Part shown: piece by piece, positions 8,693 to 17,672 of the stretch
Numbering within the stretch: the stretch's first letter is position 1
How the letters are laid out: every line of letters starts with the position of its first letter
Assembly: GCA_036505095.1 (NCBI GenBank)
Contig: DASXUA010000009.1
Location: forward strand, 1-39,798
Direction of reading: 5' to 3'
Length of the DNA stretch: 39,798 nucleotides
Source of the DNA: Phycisphaerae bacterium
Lineage (GTDB): Bacteria; Planctomycetota; Phycisphaerae; UBA1845
Made by a program: the position numbers and the translations under genes
Notes under the pieces: generated by a model
What the model was told of the DNA's origin: nothing
Seen by the model: the letters and a program-made list of their open reading frames with translations, nothing else
Databases searched by the model: none

Positions 8693-10886
8693 CCGGGTCG
8701 AGGTTCGGTCCGAGTACGTCGAGTATGGCGCCCGCCACGCGCTGCGCGATCGGCCCCGCGGCGCGCCCGCCGCTGCCGCCGAACTCGGCCAGCACAGCGA
8801 ACGCGATCCGGGGCGGCCGCGACCAATCGGGCTGCCTCAGGTTGTCGAGTGGCTGCAAGAACCCGGCGAACCAGGCGTGGGCATGCTCGTCACCGTGCAG
8901 CGAATCGACCTGCGGCCAGCGCTCGAACACCTCAGCGTCGCGCGGCGTGACCTCGATGTCGGGATGCAGCGCGTGGAATTCTTCCATGGCCTGGCCCATG
9001 TCGCCGGCTGCCACGATAGCGAATGCTTGCCGACCATCGTGCTCCCTATAGTTGACGCGGTACGAAATCGGCCAGGGCCTGGTCGTGGCGCTGCCCGTCT
9101 TGCCGCACAACGCATAGCCCGTCGAAGGCTGAATGTAGGCATAATCGTGGGCCGTGCCGTTGGGATCATTGACGACGCGGTATAGCCCACGCCGAATCGC
9201 GTGCCACTGTGCATCGGTACCCGGCAGGCGCCATTCTGGTGAGTGATCGGCGCGCTTGAGGAGCGTGACGGGTTGGAACACGCGACTGGCGTACGCGGCC
9301 ACCAGGTTGACGACCTGCACGGGCGTGGCCGAGACTTCGCCGCCGCCGATCACGAAATTGCGCGCATCATTGGGGAACACGGGCCGCCGCCCCTCAAGCC
9401 AGGCGCGCGTCGGATTGATGCCGCGCGCGTCCTCGAGAAGGCCGGTCCCGCTTCCCCCCTTTCGGCCGAAACCCACCATCTCAAAAAATGCCGTAAGCCC
9501 GTCCACTCCCAGCAGATCGCCGATGTAATACATGTAGACGTTGCAACTGTGCGCAATGGCGTCCTCAGCCCGCTGTTCGCCGTGGGCCTTACGCGTCCCG
9601 AGGCCGGCGACTTCCCAGCAGCGTTTGCTCTTATCGCGCGGATAAACGCCGTCGCAGTAGAACGTCGTCTCCAGTGTCACGCGCCCGGTCGCCAGCGCCG
9701 CCAGGCATGCCAAAGGTTTGACGATCGAGCCGGGTGCGTAGCTGTTCGCCACCGCCCGAAATCGCAGCGGCATGTGCCGCATGTCCGCGCGCAGCGTGGC
9801 GTAGTCCTCCGTAAAACGATTCGGATCGTAGCTGGGATACGAGACCAGCGCCAGCAATTCGCGCGTCGGGATGTCCAGCACCACAACCGCACCGCCTGAC
9901 GCAAGGCTCGGAAATGCCTGCAAACTGCGCTCGAGCTCGGCGTACAGACGATCCTGCAAGTCCAAGCGGATGGTAAGGCGCGCGTCCTGCCCATCCTGCG
10001 CGGGAGTCCGTTCCAGGACTTCATCGTTACGGTTCTTCAGGAGCACGCCGCGCGTGCCGCGCAAGTCGCGCTCGGCGAGGTACTCGACACCGCTGCGGCC
10101 GACCATATCATCCGCCAGCAGCTTGCGCAGCGGCTGCTCCGCGTCCGGATCGTTCTCGATATCGCCGGCACTGACGCGCGCCACGCGCCCGAGGACGTGG
10201 GCCAGCGACACGGCGTTGTGATAGGTGCGATGCACACCGCTGCGCACGCTGACCCACGGATACGGCTCCATGGCCAGTCGCGCGGCGATGTGCTGCTGAT
10301 CATCGAGACCTTCAATTAACGCATGGGGTTGCTCTTCTTCACGTACGGTATCGTCGAATCCGCGCCGCGCAGCTACCACCTGGCGAACGGCCGCGACCCG
10401 CTGGCAGATATCTTCCGCCTGGCGCCGTAGCTCGAATTGCGGCTTGCCCGCCAGCCGCGCCAAATCCTCCCACATGCGCTTGATATCTGCCTCCAACAAC
10501 GATTGGACGTCCTGCCGCCGCTTGCCGGGACCGTAACGGTTTTGCCGCGCGTAGCTCGCGGCCCGCTTGTGTAGGCTATCGGCCCGCTTCTCCTGGCTTT
10601 CGGAATCCATCGCCAGGACGTCGTAATCGATGCAAACCTTCCAGTCCGGATCATCCGACGCCAGCACAAACCCGGTGCGATCCAGAATGCGGCCGCGCAC
10701 GCAGGGCAGTCGTTCAGCGGGTTTGAGCAAGACCTGATCGGCCTTGCGACGATAGACGTCGGCGTTGACGACCTGCAACTCGATGAGCCGGCCAACCACC
10801 ACGGCCGCGCAGATCATCAACACGCATGCCAGAATTTTGAGCCGTGTCTCAAACATGAATTGGCTCGCAAAGACCTCACCCCGCAC
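8658..10886 (-). CDS. mrdA: Penicillin-binding protein 2 (class B transpeptidase, elongasome)
   Basis: SxxK (PGSIVKP), SxN (HSCNVY) and KTG (CGKTGSA) motifs in the correct order. N-terminal TM anchor. Sits in mreD-mrdA-rodA synteny. It is longer than typical PBP2 because of an extended N-terminal module. Confidence 0.9.
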   Translation of the reverse strand: MRGEVFASQFMFETRLKILACVLMICAAVVVGRLIELQVVNADVYRRKADQVLLKPAERLPCVRGRILDRTGFVLASDDPDWKVCIDYDVLAMDSESQEKRADSLHKRAASYARQNRYGPGKRRQDVQSLLEADIKRMWEDLARLAGKPQFELRRQAEDICQRVAAVRQVVAARRGFDDTVREEEQPHALIEGLDDQQHIAARLAMEPYPWVSVRSGVHRTYHNAVSLAHVLGRVARVSAGDIENDPDAEQPLRKLLADDMVGRSGVEYLAERDLRGTRGVLLKNRNDEVLERTPAQDGQDARLTIRLDLQDRLYAELERSLQAFPSLASGGAVVVLDIPTRELLALVSYPSYDPNRFTEDYATLRADMRHMPLRFRAVANSYAPGSIVKPLACLAALATGRVTLETTFYCDGVYPRDKSKRCWEVAGLGTRKAHGEQRAEDAIAHSCNVYMYYIGDLLGVDGLTAFFEMVGFGRKGGSGTGLLEDARGINPTRAWLEGRRPVFPNDARNFVIGGGEVSATPVQVVNLVAAYASRVFQPVTLLKRADHSPEWRLPGTDAQWHAIRRGLYRVVNDPNGTAHDYAYIQPSTGYALCGKTGSATTRPWPISYRVNYREHDGRQAFAIVAAGDMGQAMEEFHALHPDIEVTPRDAEVFERWPQVDSLHGDEHAHAWFAGFLQPLDNLRQPDWSRPPRIAFAVLAEFGGSGGRAAGPIAQRVAGAILDVLGPNLDPDAPSRRIARGD

Positions 10887-11382
10887 GCGCGTGCGGGGTG
10901 ATGATCAGCCGTCGGCCCCGCAGAAGGACCCAATGCACCGGCACGGCCCACAGCCCTGTCCAGACCGCCACCGCGATCGCGTGCGCCAGCTCGCGCGTCG
11001 GTGAATCCACCGGCCAGTGGTACGCCAGATCGCGGTACATCGACATGAGCGTTTGCACACCCAGGCTGGCCAACAGCGTCAGCGAAAAATGCGTCAGCGG
11101 ATGCCGAATGAACATGAACTCGCGCACACTATGGACGGCCGCCGCCGTCAAACCATAGGTGATCGCCATCAAGCCCGGCCGCTCGATGCTCACGAGGTCA
11201 GCCCCCAAGCCGATCAGCCATGCCAGAATCGGCGCTTCCGCGCCGCGCACGTGCAAGCCGATGAAGACGGCCAGCACCAGCAGCCAATCGGGCCGCGCGC
11301 CGAGCAGCACCACGCGCGGCGCGAGCGTCACTTGCAACGTCAGCGCCGCCAGCGCCAGGATGACGAATGCCCCAATTCTCAT
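10876..11382 (-). CDS. mreD: Rod shape-determining protein MreD (putative)
   Basis: 168-aa polytopic membrane protein immediately upstream of, and overlapping, mrdA. The call rests on size, hydrophobicity and position; no diagnostic motif was seen. Confidence 0.55.
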   Translation of the reverse strand: MRIGAFVILALAALTLQVTLAPRVVLLGARPDWLLVLAVFIGLHVRGAEAPILAWLIGLGADLVSIERPGLMAITYGLTAAAVHSVREFMFIRHPLTHFSLTLLASLGVQTLMSMYRDLAYHWPVDSPTRELAHAIAVAVWTGLWAVPVHWVLLRGRRLIITPHARAG

Positions 11383-12443
11383 TTCGCCGCAAAAGGTGCC
11401 TGCCGGCGCTGCTCGGCATTGACGATTTCCAGCATGGCCTTGCCAATGGCGACCTGCACGTTCGGATCGTCGCTGGTGGTCAGCGCGCGGTCCAGCAGCG
11501 GCAGCCCGCGCGGATCGCCAATCGCCCCCAGCGCCAGCACCGCAAGCTGGCGCATCCTGCGCACCTGATTCTCGGGCGGATCATCCGGAACGCCCCGCCG
11601 CGGACTGTTCCAATTCAGGGCCTCCGCCGCCAGTGTGTAACCGTCGGCCGCGCCGAGCAGTCCGAGCGCCCGCGCCGCAGCCAGCCGCGTTTCCAGATAA
11701 TCGCTGTGTCGAATTCGATAGTGATAGGTATCCGCGAAACGCGGCTCGTGCGTCAGGCCCAGGGCATTGATCGCAAAGGCCTCCTTGTAACCCGTGCCGG
11801 AAGTGGCATAGAACGTAAGCTGCTGCTGCGCTTCCGGCCTCCCGAGCAGCGACATGGACTCCAGCGCCTGAAGCTGCACGCCTTCGTCGGAGTCGCGCAT
11901 GGCCCGCGCCAACAGCGAGACCGCCCCCTTCTCACCCAATCGGCCGAGCACCAGCGCCGCATTTCGGCGCACGGCCGGATCGCTCGCTGAAAGCAGGTAC
12001 TCGGCAAGCTGACCGGTCAGGTGCGTGTCGCCATACCGGTGCAGCGCGAAGATCGCCCCGACCCGCACACTTTCATCCGGATCAGCGACGCAGCGCGTCA
12101 CGCCATCGAGCGCCAGTTTGTCCTGGAGCGTTCCGGCCGCCAGGCAGGCCGCAAAACGCACCGCCGGATGGGCATCGGTCAGCGCCGCACGGATCCAGGG
12201 CAGGCCGTCCTCCGGCGCGGCTTCCTGGAACGCTTCGACCGCCTGGGCGCGCACCGACGCCAGATGGGGATATTGCACGCCACGCTTAATGGTTTCAAAA
12301 CCGCGTTGCCGCAGCACCGCCAGATCGCCGGGGATGCCGGTCCCCTGCGCAAGGGGCGCGCAGCCAGACGCCAGCAGCACCACCGCGCCGCATCCGATGA
12401 TCGCGCTCGCAGAACAGAAGTTGGTTAAGGTGGGTCGGCGCAT
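11379..12443 (-). CDS. HEAT-repeat (PBS-lyase type) lipoprotein
   Basis: Lipobox LLASGCAP. Repeated D(P/E)xVRxxAaxaLGxlG units: HPAVRFAACLAAGTL, DESVRVGAIFALHRYG, DPAVRRNAALVLGRLG, DEGVQLQALESMSLLG. There is a 4-nt overlap with mreD. Confidence 0.75.
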   Translation of the reverse strand: MRRPTLTNFCSASAIIGCGAVVLLASGCAPLAQGTGIPGDLAVLRQRGFETIKRGVQYPHLASVRAQAVEAFQEAAPEDGLPWIRAALTDAHPAVRFAACLAAGTLQDKLALDGVTRCVADPDESVRVGAIFALHRYGDTHLTGQLAEYLLSASDPAVRRNAALVLGRLGEKGAVSLLARAMRDSDEGVQLQALESMSLLGRPEAQQQLTFYATSGTGYKEAFAINALGLTHEPRFADTYHYRIRHSDYLETRLAAARALGLLGAADGYTLAAEALNWNSPRRGVPDDPPENQVRRMRQLAVLALGAIGDPRGLPLLDRALTTSDDPNVQVAIGKAMLEIVNAEQRRQAPFAAK

Positions 12444-12580
12444 GCCGCAGTCGTTCCTCCTTGAACTGCGTCATCCTAGCTCCCGCCGGGTGATTTCGCC
12501 AGCCCTGGAGCGAGGGCGAGGCCTGGGGCCACCACGGGTGTGCCCAGATTTGCGGGCAACCGCCATGACGCCAGCACTCA

Positions 12581-12698
12581 GCCGCCAAGACGCCAAGGAC
12601 GCCAAGAGCAACGGAGGACCAGCGCGCGGTCCGCGAAGCGGACCTAATCATCTTGGCGACCTTGGCGTCTTGGCGGTTCTATAATGGCGTCTTGGTAG
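12581..12698. repeat. Palindromic intergenic repeat element, copy B (inverted relative to copy A)
   Basis: Has the same ccgccaagacgccaagg / ccttggcgtcttggcgg arms. Positions 12629-12682 are the exact reverse complement of 7233-7286, and the flanks are similar but diverged. Confidence 0.85.
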
Positions 12699-12744
12699 TT
12701 TCGGCCATCTTTGCGCTTGCCCGAATTAGTGGGCACACCCCCAG

Positions 12745-14406
12745 CTACTCGGTGCGTTCGCAGATCCACAGGCACGGCTGGCCGTCGGGTCCGTGAACTT
12801 CGTAAAGCGGTGGGCCGGCGTCGATCTCGCCGGGCCGAATGATGAAGTAGACGTGGTCGTCCCTGCGGTTACGCTGCAGCGCCCGCAGGCTCGGTTTGTA
12901 GACGTCGCCATACATGAAATAGAGCTTGCCACAGCGCCAGTAGGCCTCCCACTCATTGTGGCGCGTCATCTTGCGCGGCTGGCTGAACCAATCGCGCGGG
13001 TCGTAATTCAGGGCGACCAGCGTCGTCACGTAGGGAATGTTGAATCCGCTCGTCGTGCAGAAGATTGCATCAGCCTCATTGGCGTGCGGGCTCAACCACT
13101 GGCAGGCTTCAACCAGCGCGGTTTGAAACTGAGCGTACACTTCGTCGCGCCGCGGATAGTCCTCGAAATAAACGCGCGCAAACTGCACCGTCCATATTCC
13201 GCCGACGCCCGCCGCCAAGACGGCCGCGAGGCCGGTCGCGATGCGACGGCGTTGCCAAAGCCAACTCCCGGCCCGCGCCGCACCCAGCGCAGCCAGCAAA
13301 ACCAGCGCACATACGCCCGGCAGGCTTCGCAGCGCGTGCATGCCGGCCGCCGTGCTGATGCAGTCGGACACGGGATAGAGCAACAGCCAGACCGTCAGCA
13401 CCCGCGCGGCGCGCGAGCGCTCGAACGTCCGTGCCACCACCGCCAGCCCGATCAGCAGCAGGGGCAGCATGAAGTATGGAAACTCACCGCCATATGGGGG
13501 GTGCTGCATCTCCTCCGGGTCTCCGTTGACGAAGAGGAAATCCGACTCGAAATGGCCGGGATAGCGTTGCAGACATTTCCCCAGCTTCAGCACCAGCGGG
13601 TCGGCCGGATTCCAGACGCGCGTCATCGCGCCGCGCTTTCCGATCCGCGCATCAGTCAGGTGCTTCCACGCCAGCGGACCAAACGTCGCGCCCCAGCTCA
13701 CCGCCAGCAGTACGACGGCCAGCGCACCACGCCGCGTACGAATCAGCCGATACCAGGCGCGGATCGTCACCATGACCGCCGCCATCAGAAACAGCGGCAG
13801 GAACACGCGCACCGCCGGATAGCCGTAGCAGCAGATGCCCGCCAATGCTCCGGCCAAACCCGCGATGAGCGGGCGCGGGCCACGCTGCTCGCCGTCGACC
13901 AGTGGCAAGTTCGACCACAGCAGCGCCGCCACCGGAAGAATAATCAGCAGCGGCGTCAGCGTGGCCTCGTGCCCCCAGCGGCTCTGTTGAATGTGCCAGG
14001 GTGCGATCGCCAGCAGCAATGCGGCGATCATCCCGGTGCCGCGGCCGAACAGGCGCGCGCCGACGTAATACGTCAGTAGAACCGTCAGAACGCCGCCGAC
14101 CGCCGCGGGCAGGCGCGTGGTGATGACGTTCATCCCACCGGCGGCCTGGAAGGGCAGCAGCGCGTACATGTACAACGTGCTGCGGTACTCGCCGAAGGCG
14201 CGCGTGCAGAAGAACGGCCAGCGGACGGCATCCTGATCCTTTCCGGTTTTCAGCAGACACCAGGCATTCCAGGCATTTGCGCCTTCGTCCTGATTCAAGC
14301 CCGGCGGGGCCTGATCGAGGTAATACAGTCGCAGCGCGGCTGCTAGCGCGACGATCAGCGCCAGCGCGAGCACCACCTCGATCCGAGTTCGCCGTTCAAC
14401 AGCCAT
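12745..14406 (-). CDS. GT39/ArnT-like (GT-C fold) lipid-carrier-dependent glycosyltransferase, paralog 1
   Basis: N-terminal PPGLNQDEGANAWNAWCLLKTGKDQ motif, about 11 TM helices, and a C-terminal soluble domain ending DGQPCLWICERTE. Collinear similarity to the next gene. Confidence 0.7.
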   Translation of the reverse strand: MAVERRTRIEVVLALALIVALAAALRLYYLDQAPPGLNQDEGANAWNAWCLLKTGKDQDAVRWPFFCTRAFGEYRSTLYMYALLPFQAAGGMNVITTRLPAAVGGVLTVLLTYYVGARLFGRGTGMIAALLLAIAPWHIQQSRWGHEATLTPLLIILPVAALLWSNLPLVDGEQRGPRPLIAGLAGALAGICCYGYPAVRVFLPLFLMAAVMVTIRAWYRLIRTRRGALAVVLLAVSWGATFGPLAWKHLTDARIGKRGAMTRVWNPADPLVLKLGKCLQRYPGHFESDFLFVNGDPEEMQHPPYGGEFPYFMLPLLLIGLAVVARTFERSRAARVLTVWLLLYPVSDCISTAAGMHALRSLPGVCALVLLAALGAARAGSWLWQRRRIATGLAAVLAAGVGGIWTVQFARVYFEDYPRRDEVYAQFQTALVEACQWLSPHANEADAIFCTTSGFNIPYVTTLVALNYDPRDWFSQPRKMTRHNEWEAYWRCGKLYFMYGDVYKPSLRALQRNRRDDHVYFIIRPGEIDAGPPLYEVHGPDGQPCLWICERTE

Positions 14407-14418
14407 ACGAGCCCGCCC

Positions 14419-16176
14419 TCAATAAATCCGTTCGCAGATCCAAAGCGCCGGCTGCCCGTCCGGCCGGCGGATTTCGAAATCGGGATCGCGCAGGCTATGC
14501 TCGCCGGGCCTGACGATCCATACGACCCGATCGGGGCGCTCATTGCGCGCCAGTACTTTCCGCAGTCCATCGGCATAGCCGTCGTAGTCGAAGTGCACTT
14601 TACCGAACCGCATGCAAGCCTCCCACACGTCGCGCTGCACGAAACTGCGCGGCGCCTGGAACCATTCCCGCGGATCGTACTCCAGCCCCACCAGCATGAT
14701 CACGTACGGCATCGGCGGGCCGATGGTCGTGCAGAAAACCGCGTCGGCGTCGCTGAAGCGAGCCTTGAGCCAGCGACTGGCCTCCAGCAGGTCGGCATGA
14801 AACTCGACGTACGCTGTCGGTTGCCGGAAGTAGTCGCCGAAATAGATGCGGGCGAAGTACACGGTGTGTGCGACCACCGCGATACCCAAAGCCGCGCTCG
14901 CGGTGACAGCAGCGACACGGCTGCGTTCGGCGAGCCAAGTTCCTGTGCGCACCGCGCCGAGCGCCGCCAGAAGAATGAGGGCCGGCAAACCGGGAAGACT
15001 GCGGAGCGCGTGCGGTCCGCCAAAGTCGCTGAAGCAATCGGCCAACGGCCAGACCAGCAGCCAGATCAACAGCAGGCGCGCTGCGCGCGAGCGATCCGCG
15101 GTCCGCGCAACAACAATCGCGCCGGCCAGCAGCAGCGGAAGCAGGTACCCCGGCAGCACGCCGCCGCCGGGCAGGCTGCGCACCGGATTGGGATCGCCTT
15201 GAACGAAGAGGAAATTGCTCTCGTAGTGCGGTGGATATCGACAGGCCACAACCCAAGCAAGACTGCCGATGGTGTCCGTAAGCGGCGCGTTGGAATCCCA
15301 GGTGTGCGTGATGGAAGCGCGCCGGCCAATGCGCTCCGCGTGTACCAGGTGTTGCCAGGCGAGCGGACCGAACAGCGCCATCCAGCCGATCGCCAATGCG
15401 GCGACCGCCGCCGCCCCGCGGCGCGTGCGGAACAGGTTCAGCCAGGCCGGCGCGGCAACGATCAGCGTGAACAGGAGCAGCAGCGGAAGCACGACGCGAA
15501 CAGTTGGATACCCATAGCAGGCCAGCCCGGCCGCCGCTCCTGCCAAGGCAGCGCGGATCAAACCCGGGGAAGCGCGGCTCCGCTCGAGCCGTAGCTCTCC
15601 CGGCGCGCCGGGATCGCCCTCCGGATCGTCACCGAGCGGAAACCGCGCCCATAGCAATAGCGCCAGCGGCGCCAGCATCAGCACCGGCGTGGCGACGGCC
15701 TCGTGCCCCCAGCGGGACTGTTGAATCGCCCACGGTGTCACCGCCAGAAGCGCGGCCGCGATGAGTCCAACGGCCCGGCCAAAGAGCCGCGCGCCGACAT
15801 AGAAGATCAGCGCGATTGCCGCCAACCCGCATCCGACTCCCGGTAAACGCGTGGTCCAGACGCTCAGGCCACCGATCGCCTGAAACGGCAACAGTGCATA
15901 AAGGAATAGCGCGCTGCGATACTCCCCGAAAGCGCGCGTGCAGAATAGAGGCCAGCGCTCGCCGGACTGGTCCTGGCCCGTCTTCAGCAGACACCAGGCA
16001 TTCCAGGCGTTTGACGCTTCGTCCTGATGCAGCCCCGGAGGCGCCTGATCCAAGCGATAGAGTCGCAGCGCGGCGCCAACCACCAGGATAAGCAGCAGCG
16101 GGAGGTGCCCGCCTGATCCGACGGTGAATCGCTTGCGGCTATACGCGACCATATGGAACAGTGGCGGGCGCGTCAC
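14419..16176 (-). CDS. GT39/ArnT-like (GT-C fold) glycosyltransferase, paralog 2
   Basis: PPGLHQDEASNAWNAWCLLKTGQDQ, the same TM architecture, and a C-terminus DGQPALWICERIY. It is a tandem paralog of 12745..14406. The start may be the internal Met (MVAYS). Confidence 0.7.
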   Translation of the reverse strand: MTRPPLFHMVAYSRKRFTVGSGGHLPLLLILVVGAALRLYRLDQAPPGLHQDEASNAWNAWCLLKTGQDQSGERWPLFCTRAFGEYRSALFLYALLPFQAIGGLSVWTTRLPGVGCGLAAIALIFYVGARLFGRAVGLIAAALLAVTPWAIQQSRWGHEAVATPVLMLAPLALLLWARFPLGDDPEGDPGAPGELRLERSRASPGLIRAALAGAAAGLACYGYPTVRVVLPLLLLFTLIVAAPAWLNLFRTRRGAAAVAALAIGWMALFGPLAWQHLVHAERIGRRASITHTWDSNAPLTDTIGSLAWVVACRYPPHYESNFLFVQGDPNPVRSLPGGGVLPGYLLPLLLAGAIVVARTADRSRAARLLLIWLLVWPLADCFSDFGGPHALRSLPGLPALILLAALGAVRTGTWLAERSRVAAVTASAALGIAVVAHTVYFARIYFGDYFRQPTAYVEFHADLLEASRWLKARFSDADAVFCTTIGPPMPYVIMLVGLEYDPREWFQAPRSFVQRDVWEACMRFGKVHFDYDGYADGLRKVLARNERPDRVVWIVRPGEHSLRDPDFEIRRPDGQPALWICERIY

Positions 16177-17301
16177 TCAGCACGCCGGACGGCCTCGGAG
16201 CGCTTCGATCCAGTCGCCGGCAGCCTCGATGCCCTGATTGCGCAGCGTGCTGACGCTCCAGATCGGGCGGTCATCGTCCAGCGCGCTGCGCAAGTGCGCC
16301 AGGGTGGCATCGGCGCCCGGCAGATCACACTTATTCACCACGAACGCACTGGCGATCTCCATGATCCCGGCCTTGGAAAACTGAATGGCATCGCCGGAGT
16401 CTGGCATCAGCAACAGCAAAGTCCGGTCGGTCAGCTTGTGCACGCCAACATCGGCTTGACCCGCACCCACCGTTTCGAGCAGGATCACGTCAAAGCCGAA
16501 GCCGGCCATCAGCCGCAGGATTTCGGCGCAGCGCGGTCCCAGACCGTCGTGGACCTCGCCGCTGGCCATGCTGCGGATGAAGAAGCCATCATCCAGCTCG
16601 CCGGACATCATGCGCAGCCGATCGCCGAGCAGCGCACCGCCCGTGATCGGACTGCTGGGATCGACCGCCAGGACGGCTACCTTCAGACCGCGCCCACGCA
16701 AGTCAGCGCTGAGCTTGCCGATGAACGAACTCTTGCCGACACCCGGTGCCCCCGTCACGCCGATCACGCGGGCCGCACCCCGCGGCGGCGTCCAGCCATT
16801 CAGACCGCCAGATCGCTGCACGTGCGTGATCAGCCGGGCCAGAGCCAGCGGCCGGCCGGTCTCGTAGCCGGCGCGGAGCGCGGCCGGCGTTTCGCGCGGA
16901 CGGCTGGCGGCAAGCTGGCGCATGCTGGCGATGATCCGGTCGAGCGGCGAGCCCGGATTGAACACCGCCGCGACCCCCATCTCCTTCAGGGATCCGTAGT
17001 CAGATTGGGGCACGATACCGCCCAGCACGACGGGGGTGCCTTCGATTCCGAGCTTGCGGGCGGCGTTGAAGATCTCCGGCATGATGGTCATGTGGGCGGC
17101 CGAGAGCAGGCTCACGCCGACCACGTCCACATCCTCCTGCATGGCCGCCTGCATGGTGGCCGCCGCCGTCTGCCAGAGGCCGGTATAGATCACGTCGAAC
17201 CCGCAATCCCGCAGGCTGCGGGCGAGGACTTTCACGCCGCGGTCGTGGCCGTCCAGACCGATTTTCGCCAGCAGCACTCTAATGTTCGCCTCACCAGGCA
17301 T
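16177..17301 (-). CDS. Fusion protein: cobalamin-binding domain (mutase small-subunit type) plus MeaB/ArgK-type G-protein chaperone
   Basis: N-terminal DxHxxG B12 motif (GLDGHDRG) with VDVVGVSLLSAAH. C-terminal P-loop GAPGVGKS, GGALLGDRLRM, ETVGAGQ and NKCD. Confidence 0.85.
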   Translation of the reverse strand: MPGEANIRVLLAKIGLDGHDRGVKVLARSLRDCGFDVIYTGLWQTAAATMQAAMQEDVDVVGVSLLSAAHMTIMPEIFNAARKLGIEGTPVVLGGIVPQSDYGSLKEMGVAAVFNPGSPLDRIIASMRQLAASRPRETPAALRAGYETGRPLALARLITHVQRSGGLNGWTPPRGAARVIGVTGAPGVGKSSFIGKLSADLRGRGLKVAVLAVDPSSPITGGALLGDRLRMMSGELDDGFFIRSMASGEVHDGLGPRCAEILRLMAGFGFDVILLETVGAGQADVGVHKLTDRTLLLLMPDSGDAIQFSKAGIMEIASAFVVNKCDLPGADATLAHLRSALDDDRPIWSVSTLRNQGIEAAGDWIEALRGRPAC

Positions 17302-17672
17302 CGGGGGCGATTATGGGGCATGCTGACGCCGCGGACAAGCCGGCGGTCGTACCGGGCGCTCGATGTGCGTCTGAGCCACCGGGGAACGAGGGCTCAACCG
17401 CACCCGGACGCGAGACGATATCGCTTGGGGTTTTGACTGTAGTCGGCGCCGTCGCGGGCCGCGATATGTTAGGCTGTATCGTTGCGTACCGTGCGCAAGC
17501 GGTTCCCTGCTCGCGTGCGGGACGTGGCACGCAAGATTAGATGCGATTTCGGTCCAGCGTAGGCGTGTCGGACACTTGCCGTCCGATAAGATAGTGTGGC
17601 TTGCTCTCGCGATCCACGAGGGACGCGCTGGCATGGGGTTGAATTCGATGGTTCGTTAACTGGGGATTAGCC

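Noticed and set aside
17302-17672. Possible cobalamin riboswitch in the 370-bp leader upstream of the B12-domain/MeaB gene (minus strand).
   Set aside because: The reverse complement contains an AGCAGGGAACCGC stretch. It has no recognisable B12 box (AGYCMGGnGaCCkGCC-like) and no GGTG...CCACTG core, so there is not enough evidence to call a riboswitch.
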